Of a DNA stretch of 64,000 bases, positions 25,706 to 37,485 are shown in pieces. The stretch lies in assembly GCA_964505005.1 (NCBI GenBank), contig CAZDFQ010000001.1, positions 114,458-178,457 on the forward strand. The letters run 5' to 3'. Positions within the stretch are counted from its first letter, which is position 1, and each line of letters opens with the position of its first letter. The stretch is from an uncultured Candidatus Saccharibacteria bacterium (GTDB lineage Bacteria > Patescibacteriota > Minisyncoccia > UBA6257 > 2-01-FULL-56-20). The position numbers and the translations under genes are program-made. The notes under the pieces were generated by a model. The model was not told the origin of the DNA, ran no database searches, and saw only the letters and a list, made by a program, of their open reading frames with translations.

Positions 25706-28078
25706 TTATTCCCTTAACCGCTTGTAAATTTCCTCCTCGATTTCTTGGCGGTCCCTGCCGTATTTGGCGCGGGACTGGTTTTTCAGCCGGTCGGCCAGCT
25801 GGCGGTCGCCGCGCTCGAGCGCTAGGGTTTCGATGTTGAACGGCTTGGTGGTTTGGCCATTGACGAGAATTTTCACATAGGCATTGAAATTGTCGATGTT
25901 CAATAAATCGTTCTGGCTGAAAACCGGCTCGAACTGTTTGATCAGAAACTCGGCATCCTGGGCCCCGACCCGGAAAACAATCTGCGAGCCGACATTGCCG
26001 AAAACCGCGTCCCGGATTTTTTCCGTCAGCTGGGCGATGAACTGATGCGCCATCGTCAAGTTCAGGCGATACTTGCGCGCCTCGGAAAGAATCGTGGAAA
26101 TGGAATCAGTGGTGAAATTCTGGAACTCGTCAATGTAGAGATTGAAGTCGCGGCGCTTTTCGACTTCGGGAATGTCCACGCGCGAGAGCGCGGCCATCAA
26201 GAGTTTGCCGCTGAAAATCATCCCCAGCAGGCCGGCATTGATGTCGCCGATCCGGCCCTTGGAAAGATTGACTAAAAGAATCTTGCCTTCATCAATCACA
26301 TAACGGAAATTGAAAGCGGATTTGGGCTGGCCGATGACTGGCCGCATATAATCGTTGGCGATGAAATTGTTGAATTTGGAAGTGATGTAGGGCGTCATAT
26401 TGGCAAGCGAGGCCTCGCCGCCGGCTTTAACCGCTTCTTTCTCCCAGAAATCAATGACCACCGGGTTTTGGATTCTTTCCAGTTTGCGAAGACGATATTC
26501 GCTGTCCGTGAAAATCCGCGGCACTTCAATAAGCGTTGCCGGCTCGTTAGGCATATCTTCCATCAACAGCAGCAAAGCATTCCGCATATACTGTTCGAAC
26601 ATCGGCCCCATGGTTTCCGGCGGAAAAAGCTTGTTGAAAATCCCCTGCATTTCGTTGACGATGAAAGTTTTTTCTTCGGGTCGGTTGAAAGAATATTCGA
26701 GCATATTCAAGCCGAGCGGCCGGAAAATGTCCGCGGTGTCGAAATAAATCACATCTTCGAGGCGATTTGACGGAATATAGCCGAGAGCGTTCTCGGCCAA
26801 ATCGCCGTGCGGGTCAATGATGGCCACGCCTTTACCTTTGGTAATGTCGTCAATAATCATATTGCCAAGCAAGGTGGATTTGCCGGTGCCGGTCTGGCCA
26901 ATGATGTAAATATGCCGGCGGCGGTCATCGTCGGTTATCCGGACCTCGCGGTATTCCCCGCGGAAGCGGCTGCGGCCGATTAAAACACCGGCGGCCGGCA
27001 GATTGGACGGCGGCTCGGATTCTTTGGCTTTGAGCCATTTGATGCGCGGAGTTTCCGTGGAAGAAATCGGCAGATGATAAAGGCTCGCCAGTTCTTCGGA
27101 ATTCAAAATCATGGTTTCCCGGGAACTGAAATTCCGGAAACTCAATTCATAAGCCAGTCGTTGAACATTCCTTGATTTGACAACTTTGAAGTCGTTTCGC
27201 ATCGGGCTGGCGAACTGGCTGAAGCTAGCAATCAGGCCGTCGAGAATGTCGTTCGCCTGGAACGGGGTGCCGCCCGAAGCGGCCAGCCGGACATTGACCT
27301 CGAAAAGCGGCTTAGAAATTTTGGCGGTCAGGGCCTTAACTGCTTCCTCGTCAACGACTTTTTCTTCTTTCTTTTTTTCTTCTTTTTCGGGCGCGAGGGC
27401 TTCTTTCAGTTCCTCGGGCTGGAAAGGAAATTCCTGGCCGAGCACGCGCTTCAAGGGCTTGCCAACTTTCAGGCTTCTGATGTAGGCCTCGATTTTCTTT
27501 TTCTTGTCTTTGTCAGCCGGCTTGACGACGAGCTGGAGCATTGCGCCTTCGCCGACTTCGTTTATTTTGGAAAAAGAACCGGCAATCGCCGCAAAAGTGT
27601 CCAAGCCGATTTCCTGGTAAGTCCTGATGGGCAAAGCGTAACTTTCCGACTGCAAAAGATAAGCAGCCGCCGCGGCTCCCTGAGAATTAAAAATGTTGTA
27701 ATCGTCGGCCGCCCGCTCCACCGAAGCCGCCCGCCACAACCCCTGAATCTGTTTAACAGCCACTTCGCTCAAAACCCGCGGCACCGCCAGATAAAAATGA
27801 ATTTCCTCGCCGATGTGCGGCACCGCCACTTCCAGAACAAAGGGCTTTTTGAGTGCCGCCAAATTGCTCAATAATTGTTCGGTTAAATTTATCTCCTGCT
27901 TGAAATCTTTTTGGGCTGAACCAGCAGCCGGCGCTTCTTTGGGGATTTTTATGAGGAATAAAACCAGGCCAAGGGATTCCCTGAGCCGGCGCTTTTGCCA
28001 GAAACGAAAAATCAAATAAACCGCGGCGGCCAAGGCGCCTATGAATAAAACAACGGCTAAAAATATCAGAAAGGGCAT
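25706..28078 (-). CDS. Membrane-anchored P-loop ATPase of the FtsK/HerA/TraG-VirD4 superfamily (T4SS coupling-protein-like).
   Basis: N-terminal TM helix, Walker A GQTGTGKST, Walker B-like LYIDEFQNF, 790 aa. Confidence 0.45.
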   Translation of the reverse strand: MPFLIFLAVVLFIGALAAAVYLIFRFWQKRRLRESLGLVLFLIKIPKEAPAAGSAQKDFKQEINLTEQLLSNLAALKKPFVLEVAVPHIGEEIHFYLAVPRVLSEVAVKQIQGLWRAASVERAADDYNIFNSQGAAAAAYLLQSESYALPIRTYQEIGLDTFAAIAGSFSKINEVGEGAMLQLVVKPADKDKKKKIEAYIRSLKVGKPLKRVLGQEFPFQPEELKEALAPEKEEKKKEEKVVDEEAVKALTAKISKPLFEVNVRLAASGGTPFQANDILDGLIASFSQFASPMRNDFKVVKSRNVQRLAYELSFRNFSSRETMILNSEELASLYHLPISSTETPRIKWLKAKESEPPSNLPAAGVLIGRSRFRGEYREVRITDDDRRRHIYIIGQTGTGKSTLLGNMIIDDITKGKGVAIIDPHGDLAENALGYIPSNRLEDVIYFDTADIFRPLGLNMLEYSFNRPEEKTFIVNEMQGIFNKLFPPETMGPMFEQYMRNALLLLMEDMPNEPATLIEVPRIFTDSEYRLRKLERIQNPVVIDFWEKEAVKAGGEASLANMTPYITSKFNNFIANDYMRPVIGQPKSAFNFRYVIDEGKILLVNLSKGRIGDINAGLLGMIFSGKLLMAALSRVDIPEVEKRRDFNLYIDEFQNFTTDSISTILSEARKYRLNLTMAHQFIAQLTEKIRDAVFGNVGSQIVFRVGAQDAEFLIKQFEPVFSQNDLLNIDNFNAYVKILVNGQTTKPFNIETLALERGDRQLADRLKNQSRAKYGRDRQEIEEEIYKRLRE

Positions 28079-28097
28079 TATTGAAATTTTTGATTGG

Positions 28098-28535
28098 TCA
28101 TTCGCCGGTCCAGCTCAAGAGCCATTTGGGTTTTATCATGATGATGATTCGCGAACCGCCGGCTTCCATAAGCTCTTGGAAATACTTGCCGGCCTTTTCT
28201 TTGGGAAGGTAGCGATGAGCCAGCCGTTCCAGAAGTTTGCCATCAGTATCGTCTTCGATTGTTGCCTCGCCGTAGCCGATGACTGCTTTATAAGGCAATT
28301 GATGTTCGGCAATAGAGAAACCGGCGCGGGGATTGGTTGCCAGATTTCTGGCTTTCTTTCGTTCTCTCGTCGTGCTTATCCGGAAATTTTTTCCGTCGTA
28401 TTCAAACCAAACCGGCGTCACATGCGGATAGCCTTCCGACGTAATAGTCGCCAAATCCAGCAGATGCGGCTCGGAAAGAAATTTGCGCAATTGTTCCGGA
28501 GTCATTTGGGAAGTGATGGGATTCGATTTAGTCAT
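28098..28535 (-). CDS. Pyridoxamine 5'-phosphate oxidase-family (FMN-binding split barrel) protein.
   Basis: ~145 aa; LATITSEGYPHVTPVWF pattern typical of the PNPOx-like fold. Confidence 0.55.
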   Translation of the reverse strand: MTKSNPITSQMTPEQLRKFLSEPHLLDLATITSEGYPHVTPVWFEYDGKNFRISTTRERKKARNLATNPRAGFSIAEHQLPYKAVIGYGEATIEDDTDGKLLERLAHRYLPKEKAGKYFQELMEAGGSRIIIMIKPKWLLSWTGE

Positions 28536-28538
28536 TTT

Positions 28539-28940
28539 TTATTTAAGAATTCCTCGTTTTTGCAATTCCGGATAAAGCTTGTTGGCCAAAGCGTCGTGGA
28601 AAGCGTCCAAGACGAACGGGCTGGATTTTTTGGCTTCGGCCGCGGCTTTTTCGAGACCGTGGTGAATTGCCAAATCAAGGAGATATTCGACTTCAAGTTT
28701 TGCTTCTGCCGGCGCCTCCTGAAGATAAGCCGGCAGGCCCGAGGGCTGCTGGGGCGAAGCCGGAGCTGACGCCGCTGGCGGCGCGCCGGTTAAGGCCTGG
28801 ATGGTTTTCTTGACCAGCTCGCGCTCGGTCAAACGGCCGGCTTCCGGCCCTTCGCGGCGTTTAGCTATTTCTTCAGCCAGCCGTTTGATGTCGGCCTCCA
28901 GGGCTTCGTGTTGAAATTCTTGTGAAGGTTGTTCAGCCAT
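28539..28940 (-). CDS. Hypothetical protein (133 aa), Ala/Pro-rich.
   Basis: ORF only; no recognisable motifs. Confidence 0.35.
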   Translation of the reverse strand: MAEQPSQEFQHEALEADIKRLAEEIAKRREGPEAGRLTERELVKKTIQALTGAPPAASAPASPQQPSGLPAYLQEAPAEAKLEVEYLLDLAIHHGLEKAAAEAKKSSPFVLDAFHDALANKLYPELQKRGILK

Positions 28941-28963
28941 AAGAATTTGAGAATGTAGAATGT

Positions 28964-29045
28964 ATGAAGCTCTGCTTCATCAATCGGTTCGCTCGGCAAT
29001 CGCAAGAATTTCATATTCTTGTGTCGCCTCGCTGCCGATTGTAGA
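28964..29045. repeat. Family A repeat copy, near-identical to the 5882-5968 copy.
   Basis: ATGAAGCTCTGCTTCATCAATCGGTTCGCTCGGCAATCGCAAGAATTTCATATTCTTGTGTCGCCTCGCTGCCGATTG. Confidence 0.75.
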
Positions 29046-29054
29046 ATGTAGAAT

Positions 29055-30881
<1,827 letters not shown>

Positions 30882-30886
30882 GAAAG

Positions 30887-31585
30887 ATGCTGCCACGGCT
30901 AATAATTCTCCATGGCTGGGGCCAGAACAAACAATTCTGGGCGGAATTCGCCAGCCGCTTTCCCAAAGACCAAGTATTGATTCTGGATTTGCCTGGCTTT
31001 AGCAGCCCTCTGACCGCTACCTATGTAAAGGATGAAAAAATTATCGATGTTACCAGCTGGGGCATCCCCGAATATGCTGACTGGCTTAAAAATAAAATTG
31101 AAAATCTGAAAGAAAAAAATATCGTGCTTTTGGGTCATTCGTTCGGCGGCCGAATCGCCAGTTTAGCGGCGAGCGACAACCCCGGCTGGCTAAAAGGCCT
31201 AATTCTCTACGCCAGCCCCTGTCTTTACCGGCCGAGTTTTTACATTCGTTTTAGAATCGCGCTGGCGAAATTGGCCAAAAAAATCGGCTTTACCAAAATC
31301 GGCAAACCCCAAGAATTGCAGGAAGCTGAACAAAACAAAATAGCCGGAGTTTTCCGGCGAGCCGTTTCTTTTGACCAAACTGACCTTCTGCCTAAAATCA
31401 AAGTGCCGACTTTAATTATCTGGGGGGAAAAAGATGCTGAAGTGCCATTGAAAATCGGTCAGGAAATGAATAATTTGATTAAGGGCAGCCGTTTGGTAGT
31501 AATGGATGCTGTCGGCCACAATGCCCATCTTGAAAATCCCAATCTTTTCTATGGAATCGTCAAAAAATTTATCGAGAATCTTTGA
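30887..31585 (+). CDS. Alpha/beta-fold hydrolase.
   Basis: Nucleophile elbow GHSFGG; catalytic His near the C-terminus (VGHNAHLE). Confidence 0.65.
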   Translation: MLPRLIILHGWGQNKQFWAEFASRFPKDQVLILDLPGFSSPLTATYVKDEKIIDVTSWGIPEYADWLKNKIENLKEKNIVLLGHSFGGRIASLAASDNPGWLKGLILYASPCLYRPSFYIRFRIALAKLAKKIGFTKIGKPQELQEAEQNKIAGVFRRAVSFDQTDLLPKIKVPTLIIWGEKDAEVPLKIGQEMNNLIKGSRLVVMDAVGHNAHLENPNLFYGIVKKFIENL

Positions 31586-31689
31586 AATAATTTAATAACC
31601 CCTAAAAATTTGCATCATTCGCATCCATTCGTAGATTAGTATTATATTCAAGCCGCTTGGTATCGATGCCAATATACAAATGATGCTAC

Positions 31690-31790
31690 AATTGGCAACG
31701 AGGAGAAAGTAAATGAGAATACATTTATTTTCGGCGAGCCCTGCCTGCCGGCAGGCAGGGAACCGATTGAGGAAACGAAGTTTCAATGAT
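31690..31790. repeat. Family A repeat copy (reverse orientation, CCTGCCTGCCGGCAGGCAGG module).
   Basis: AATTGGCAACGAGGAGAAAG...GGCGAGCCCTGCCTGCCGGCAGGCAGGGAACCGATTGAGGAAACGAAG. Confidence 0.65.
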
Positions 31791-31805
31791 ACGAATGACT
31801 AATTT

Positions 31806-33197
31806 ATGAAACAGTTTCTTAATATTCTGCTACCGTTCAGCGACTTTCTCTACATTCTTCAACAGGAAGATTACAATACCCAGCGCTTTTTCAAATGGCT
31901 GCCGCGGTTTTTCTGGCGAAGAAATTTTCAGAAGCGCGACCGGCTCAAATACACGAAACGGGCAACGGCCACTTTGCTCACTGCGGCGATTGTTTGGCTG
32001 GTCTCTTTAATTTTCGCAATGAGCGCTTTTCGTTTTCGGATTTTACCAGAACTGCTGATAATTTTTTCATCTCTTCTTTTGATTCCGCTTTTTGTGGCCT
32101 TGGCCAACATTTTATTGATTCCTGTTTCTAACTTATTGAAAATACCGCTCATTCGCCGGGCCAGCGACAAACTAAAACAGCAAAAAGATTTGCGCATCAT
32201 TGCGGTGGCCGGCAGTTTCGGCAAAACCACCACCAAGAATTTCATCGAGCAGCTGGTTCGCTACAACTATCCGACTCAGCTCATCTCCGGCAACATCAAT
32301 ACCACTTTAGGAATAGCCAACTGGCTCAACAGTAACTTGAAACCCGCTACCAAACTTCTCATTGTGGAAATGGACGCTTACAAAGCCGGAGAAATCAGAC
32401 AAAGCTGCTTCATTGCGCCGCCGGATATTGCCATTCTCACGAACATCGGCGACCAGCACCTGGAGCGCTTCGGCAGCAAAGAAAAATTAGCCGGTGCTTT
32501 AAAAGAGATTTTCTTATATGCCAAACAGAATGCCAAGCTGCTCTGCACCGAACAAACGGCTTCAGCCATCAATCTTGTGGTGAGGCCGTCGAACCATTTT
32601 CAGCACCAAGCCAGCCAAGAAATGATAATTGTCGGCCTTGATGCTCTTTCTTTGCCGGAGAATGTCAGAAAATCCATCGTCAGCCGTTTTTCAATTTCCA
32701 ATCGCGTTAATCTGGCTTTTGCCGTCAGAACCGCGGAACTTTTGAACATCCCTCAAAAATTCATTATTGACACCTTGCTGAAATTAGAAATTCCGGCCAG
32801 ACGGCAGAATATAACGGAATTCTCCGGCTATGACTGCGTGGACGATTCATACAACATCAGCTTCACCACCAGCCAAGCCGGAATTAATTTTGCAAGAGAA
32901 TTTGCCAGGCAAAAAAGAAAAAAATTGTTGGTGATTACCGCCGGCATTCCGGAACTCGCGCCAACTGACCGGGACAAAAATGAGGCCTTGGGAAAAATCC
33001 TGGCGGGAAAAGCCGATTATGTCGCGGTCCTGAAAAGCATTTTCTGGAAAGACCTTGTCAAAGGTCTGGCTGATTCGGATAAATATTCAGTTTTTGAGAG
33101 CTTGAAAAGTTTTCTGAAAGAAGCTGACAAGAAATTCCCGCCTCAAGAATGGGTGATTCTTTTGCAGCCGGAGCTGACGGATCTCTATTACGGATAG
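31806..33197 (+). CDS. Mur-ligase-family protein (MurF-like) with an unusual N-terminal transmembrane extension.
   Basis: P-loop AVAGSFGKTTTK; Mur-ligase central and C-terminal domains; two predicted TM helices within the first ~110 aa. Confidence 0.55.
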   Translation: MKQFLNILLPFSDFLYILQQEDYNTQRFFKWLPRFFWRRNFQKRDRLKYTKRATATLLTAAIVWLVSLIFAMSAFRFRILPELLIIFSSLLLIPLFVALANILLIPVSNLLKIPLIRRASDKLKQQKDLRIIAVAGSFGKTTTKNFIEQLVRYNYPTQLISGNINTTLGIANWLNSNLKPATKLLIVEMDAYKAGEIRQSCFIAPPDIAILTNIGDQHLERFGSKEKLAGALKEIFLYAKQNAKLLCTEQTASAINLVVRPSNHFQHQASQEMIIVGLDALSLPENVRKSIVSRFSISNRVNLAFAVRTAELLNIPQKFIIDTLLKLEIPARRQNITEFSGYDCVDDSYNISFTTSQAGINFAREFARQKRKKLLVITAGIPELAPTDRDKNEALGKILAGKADYVAVLKSIFWKDLVKGLADSDKYSVFESLKSFLKEADKKFPPQEWVILLQPELTDLYYG

Positions 33198-33346
33198 CCA
33201 CGGATATAAGACTGATAGCCACGGATCACGGATCCGTGATTAGTGACTATTCGCCCGCTATCAGGGGCAATTAGTGTTTTCGTCTCGATTTAAATTCTGC
33301 CTGCCGAGCCGCCCTCGCGCTTGATATATTTCGGGGGAAGAAAAAG

Positions 33347-33379
33347 GCGGCTAACAAACATTGTGGCTTGTTAGCCGCC
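33347..33379. terminator. Hairpin between the convergent murF-like and cysS genes (GGCGGCTAACAA-N9-TTGTTAGCCGCC). Likely a bidirectional terminator.
   Basis: 12-bp stem located between convergent stop codons. Confidence 0.5.
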
Positions 33380-33436
33380 CTATGTTGTAAGGCTGTCTCG
33401 CATGGCGGTTATCTCCAGTAGATTTTAACTGAAAAC

Positions 33437-34843
33437 CTATAACCCCCTGCGGACAACCTTTGGACCGGCAGGCGCGTCCCTGACCTCGTACCCTTTTTCG
33501 AGTATCTCCTGACGCAAGCGGTCTGACTCTTTCCACTGCCTGTTTCTTCTCAATGATTCCCGATCTCGAACAAGCACCATGACTTCCTCCGGGATTTCTC
33601 CGGCAGAAGAATGCGCAAGTCCCAGATTGAGAACCCTATCGAATTCCAGGAGAGTAGCCCTCTTCTTTTCTGGAGTCAAAGAAGAGTCAGCGACTTCCCA
33701 CAACAGTGCTATCGCTTGAGGAGTGTTGAGGTCGTTGTTTACTCGAATCTTGAACTCCTTGAGAAGTTTTTCGTCGGGGATGGCATGGCCGTTCCCCCAA
33801 CTCAAAACTTTTTCGCGCAGAGACATCAGGGCTTTTTGAGCCCCCTTAATGCCTCGCCAAGTGAAGTTCAAGCTTGAGCGGTAGTGAGAAGTCAGAGCAA
33901 GATAGCGAAAGGCGAGTGGGTCGTAACCTCTCTGAACGACGTCTTTCAGGGTTACGAAATTTCCCTCGCTTTTTGCCATCTTTTTACCTTCGCTTGTCAG
34001 GAAAGCAACGTGCAACCAGTAGCGGGCGAACTGTTTGCCGGTGGCCGCTTCCGACTGTGCTATCTCGTTGGTGTGGTGAATCGGGATGTGATCGACGCCG
34101 CCCGTGTGGATGTCGATTGTTTCTCCCAAATACTTCATCGCCATGGCACTGCACTCGAGGTGCCATCCCGGAAATCCAACTCCCCAGGGGCTCGGCCATT
34201 CCATCTGCCTTTTTTCGCTCTTGGGAGAGAATTTCCACAGAGCGAAATCGGTCGGGTTCTTTTTCCCCCCGAGGTCAACTCGAGCTCCCGGCTCGATGCC
34301 CTCGACATCTAACCGAGCGAGGTAGCCGTAATTTGGCAGCCGACTGGTGTCGAAATAGACTCCATCGGAAGTCAAATACGTATATCCCGCTTTCTCCAAC
34401 CGCCGGACCAAAGCTATCTGATCATCAATATGATCAGTCGCCTTGCTCCAAACTGTCGGCGGCTCTACGCCAAGGTCGAGCAGATTCTGCTTGAAGATCT
34501 CCGTGTAGAATTCGGCGATCTCAAACGCAGACCGCTTCTGCTTGCGAGCGCTTAGTTCAATCTTGTCTTCGCCGGAGTCAGCGTCAGAGGTCAAGTGCCC
34601 TACGTCCGTGATGTTGATTACGTGCCGCACTTGGTATCCATTGAGCTCAAACATTTTGCGGAGCGTGTCCGCAAAAATGTAAGCCCGGAGATTCCCAATG
34701 TGCGGATAATCATACACCGTTGGTCCGCAGGTGTATACCTTGACCTTGCCTTGCTCAAGTGGGATGAACTGCCTTTTTTCTCTTTGATAAGTATCAAAGA
34801 GATAGATGGGGCTATTCATGTGTTTTCTCCTTTCTTGTTTCAC
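33437..34843 (-). CDS. cysS: Cysteinyl-tRNA synthetase.
   Basis: HIGN (HIGH-type) motif, KMAKSEGN (KMSKS-type), zinc-ligand cysteines; 468 aa. Confidence 0.85.
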   Translation of the reverse strand: MKQERRKHMNSPIYLFDTYQREKRQFIPLEQGKVKVYTCGPTVYDYPHIGNLRAYIFADTLRKMFELNGYQVRHVINITDVGHLTSDADSGEDKIELSARKQKRSAFEIAEFYTEIFKQNLLDLGVEPPTVWSKATDHIDDQIALVRRLEKAGYTYLTSDGVYFDTSRLPNYGYLARLDVEGIEPGARVDLGGKKNPTDFALWKFSPKSEKRQMEWPSPWGVGFPGWHLECSAMAMKYLGETIDIHTGGVDHIPIHHTNEIAQSEAATGKQFARYWLHVAFLTSEGKKMAKSEGNFVTLKDVVQRGYDPLAFRYLALTSHYRSSLNFTWRGIKGAQKALMSLREKVLSWGNGHAIPDEKLLKEFKIRVNNDLNTPQAIALLWEVADSSLTPEKKRATLLEFDRVLNLGLAHSSAGEIPEEVMVLVRDRESLRRNRQWKESDRLRQEILEKGYEVRDAPAGPKVVRRGL

Positions 34844-34942
34844 GATTATGATGGATAGCCCTTTGCGTAAAACTCACAAGGAACTATCTATCTTATATCA
34901 CCTTTTTGTATTGAAGTCAATAGTAAAAGATATGTATAAATT

Positions 34943-35827
34943 CTAGCTATTTATTAGCCGATGAGCAATGAGTTTTACTTTGCTCTTGAAAGATTCAAGC
35001 TGTTTCGGTTTGTCAATTAACATTTTTTCAAAAAGCCCGGTTATATCTTTCACCCCCTTGCAACCTTCTAACTCCTCATCAAATTTATCAATTGTGATAT
35101 TGCTTAATTCTGGAAAAATCGCCTCCAATAAACCTGTCTTTTTAATCTTTGTAATGAATGAACGAACATCTGCGGACTTAACAATCGCCTTGAATATATT
35201 GAAATAAGAATGTTCTTTGGCATAAACGATATGGAAGCACTCTTTATGCTCCCACGATTTTATTCTTTTGGATAACGACTTTGAAAACAAGAAAAGTTTC
35301 TTGTTTTTACGAAAATCAATATTAAAACGGGCGCAAAGATTTAAAAGCCGCGACGCCAGTATAAACGGATTTTCTCCATCAACCGAAATAACCGGCATTA
35401 GTTCTTTCTTCTTTAAAGCATTTATGGAATCGTACGGATCGTATATTTTCCCGGACGGAAAGTGCCAAAAAATACTTTCCCAATTAAAATGTCCCAGATA
35501 TTTAATATCTTTGACTATAGCTATGTCCAAATGGATCGGCTTTCTAACGGTGACTATTTGAAATGCCTTATTAAGCTTCAAGTAGTAAGGCCCTTTCCTG
35601 ATGATAGAGAAACTGTTGGCCCCCAGCGTCCTTAGAACAGATTTAAACTTCCTCTCGCCGCCTATAATCGCCAAGTCATAGTCGTTTATCTTAAAGTTAA
35701 CCCCCAAACTTTTCGCTACCTCTTTGTATGTTATACTGCCGCCTAGCCAAAATCCAGTTAAACCGCTTTTCTTTGATATATGTTCAAGAATTAGAAATTG
35801 CCTCCTATTGACATGCGAATTTGTCAT
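34943..35827 (-). CDS. Hypothetical protein with a possible Pol-beta-type nucleotidyltransferase motif (GGS...DYD); AT-rich island gene.
   Basis: LGGSITY...(17 aa)...DYDLAII, with a later HLDIAIV acidic residue. Overlaps the decarboxylase gene by 4 nt. GC is far lower than in flanking genes. Confidence 0.3.
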   Translation of the reverse strand: MTNSHVNRRQFLILEHISKKSGLTGFWLGGSITYKEVAKSLGVNFKINDYDLAIIGGERKFKSVLRTLGANSFSIIRKGPYYLKLNKAFQIVTVRKPIHLDIAIVKDIKYLGHFNWESIFWHFPSGKIYDPYDSINALKKKELMPVISVDGENPFILASRLLNLCARFNIDFRKNKKLFLFSKSLSKRIKSWEHKECFHIVYAKEHSYFNIFKAIVKSADVRSFITKIKKTGLLEAIFPELSNITIDKFDEELEGCKGVKDITGLFEKMLIDKPKQLESFKSKVKLIAHRLINS

Positions 35828-37485
35828 CTCTTTTTGGAAACACGAAAATCAGACAATTGCTTTTTTAACTTTCCGACTTCCTCTTCTACACTACTGAAAT
35901 CCATATGCGGAGAAACAAAGCAATATTTTAATCCCGAAATGGATTTCCCTGTTTTTGTCTTGTAGAAACTCTTTGAGAAAGAGCAACCCAGACGTTTAAT
36001 GTTTCCATCGCCTTTAAGACAGAATTCATAAAAAGATTTTACATCTTCGTTAATTCGATCCAATAAATCACTATCCCCATCAGTGAGTTCCAGAAATTCT
36101 TTCCAAGTCATTTTTTTATTGCTAGGAGATATTAGTATCATGGTATTGAATCCTAAGGCATGAGGGTTACCGACCAAAAAATCGTCCTCGGCGGAAATTA
36201 AATCTCTAAAGACTTTAGTATAAAAAATTTGATTCGCAAGAAATCTCCTGAAACCGTTTTTGCCCATAGATAATAGAGAGCCTACAGCTGAAAGTGCTTC
36301 GCCGGCGGAACGAGAAGTTTCAAGAGTGATATCCGAAGGATCTTCTAACGACCAGTCAGTGCCGAGATGATGTGTATCAATACCTCTTTCTTTTTTAGAG
36401 AGCAGAAGTAATTCACTCCTATTGTTTGAAACAAAAAGACCGCATGGGGTTGGGCAACCGCCCATTCCCTTGTGGAAATCTACACCCCACGAGTCAGCTC
36501 TTCTTAATTGATATACTCTCTCAAATTGTTTCTTTATGATTGGTAATATTTCCGGTGGGATTTTTAGAGGATTCAATTCAAAGTTATATCCGTTAAACAT
36601 TAACCAAATCCATCCGATAACAGAATCAACGTGAATGTGCGGGGTGAAAGAAAGTTTATATTCTCTGACGAGTTTATCTCTCAATTCTACGAATGCGTTA
36701 ATATCGTCAACAGCAAAATCATAGAACGGACCTCCATTTATCTGGAATCCTGCGATAATCCCGCCCTTTTCGATTATAGATCTTGCTTTTACTTCCGCGT
36801 CTTCAACAATGGATCTGCTTTCTTCATCTGACTCAATTTGCACTAAACGATCAATGCCTACACCAAGCCAGTCACCAACCGTCTTATGTGAAAAATGAGC
36901 TTTTTCGGTAATCATTATGTATAAGTTAGAGGGAACTCCAATCTTTCCGGCGTTAGGAACCGCTTTATTGATAGAAAGTTTCATAGCATACATATTTGAA
37001 GCGGTGCCACCAAACGAAAAGAGTGCTTTGACTTTATCTTGAGGTAGGCCTATAAGATCAGCCATCATTTCGGAAATAACTTTTTCCGTAAGCAAACAAT
37101 TTCCGGCAAAATCGGTGCTTATATTATGTATGTTCATTTCTTGCCCTAAACTCAAAAGAGTTTGGGCTACCGTATTAACCGGTGCGCAAATGTTATATTG
37201 TAGTTTCGGGCTGCGCCAGTTAGGCGCACCCGGGAAAAATCCTCCAATCGCCATAAATATTATCTTTTCAGGCGACATTCCTTCTTCGGGAATTTTATTT
37301 GGGATTTTCTCAAAATTACCTTTCTGTTTTAGAAGCCATGGCTTGTTAGAGCTTTTGAAAATTTTCTGTAACTTTTTTAAGCCGAGAGCTAAAAACCTTA
37401 ACGAAGTTTTTGCCCCGATTGAGGTTGGAAATAAAATTCTTAGACGCCTCCTATAAAAATTTGGCCATGGGTGTTTATCTTTCAT
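35824..37485 (-). CDS. Group II pyridoxal-phosphate-dependent decarboxylase (glutamate/tyrosine decarboxylase / SPL-like).
   Basis: GGTASNMYA motif; PLP-lysine motif SWGVDFHKGMGG; 553 aa; AT-rich. Confidence 0.6.
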   Translation of the reverse strand: MKDKHPWPNFYRRRLRILFPTSIGAKTSLRFLALGLKKLQKIFKSSNKPWLLKQKGNFEKIPNKIPEEGMSPEKIIFMAIGGFFPGAPNWRSPKLQYNICAPVNTVAQTLLSLGQEMNIHNISTDFAGNCLLTEKVISEMMADLIGLPQDKVKALFSFGGTASNMYAMKLSINKAVPNAGKIGVPSNLYIMITEKAHFSHKTVGDWLGVGIDRLVQIESDEESRSIVEDAEVKARSIIEKGGIIAGFQINGGPFYDFAVDDINAFVELRDKLVREYKLSFTPHIHVDSVIGWIWLMFNGYNFELNPLKIPPEILPIIKKQFERVYQLRRADSWGVDFHKGMGGCPTPCGLFVSNNRSELLLLSKKERGIDTHHLGTDWSLEDPSDITLETSRSAGEALSAVGSLLSMGKNGFRRFLANQIFYTKVFRDLISAEDDFLVGNPHALGFNTMILISPSNKKMTWKEFLELTDGDSDLLDRINEDVKSFYEFCLKGDGNIKRLGCSFSKSFYKTKTGKSISGLKYCFVSPHMDFSSVEEEVGKLKKQLSDFRVSKKR

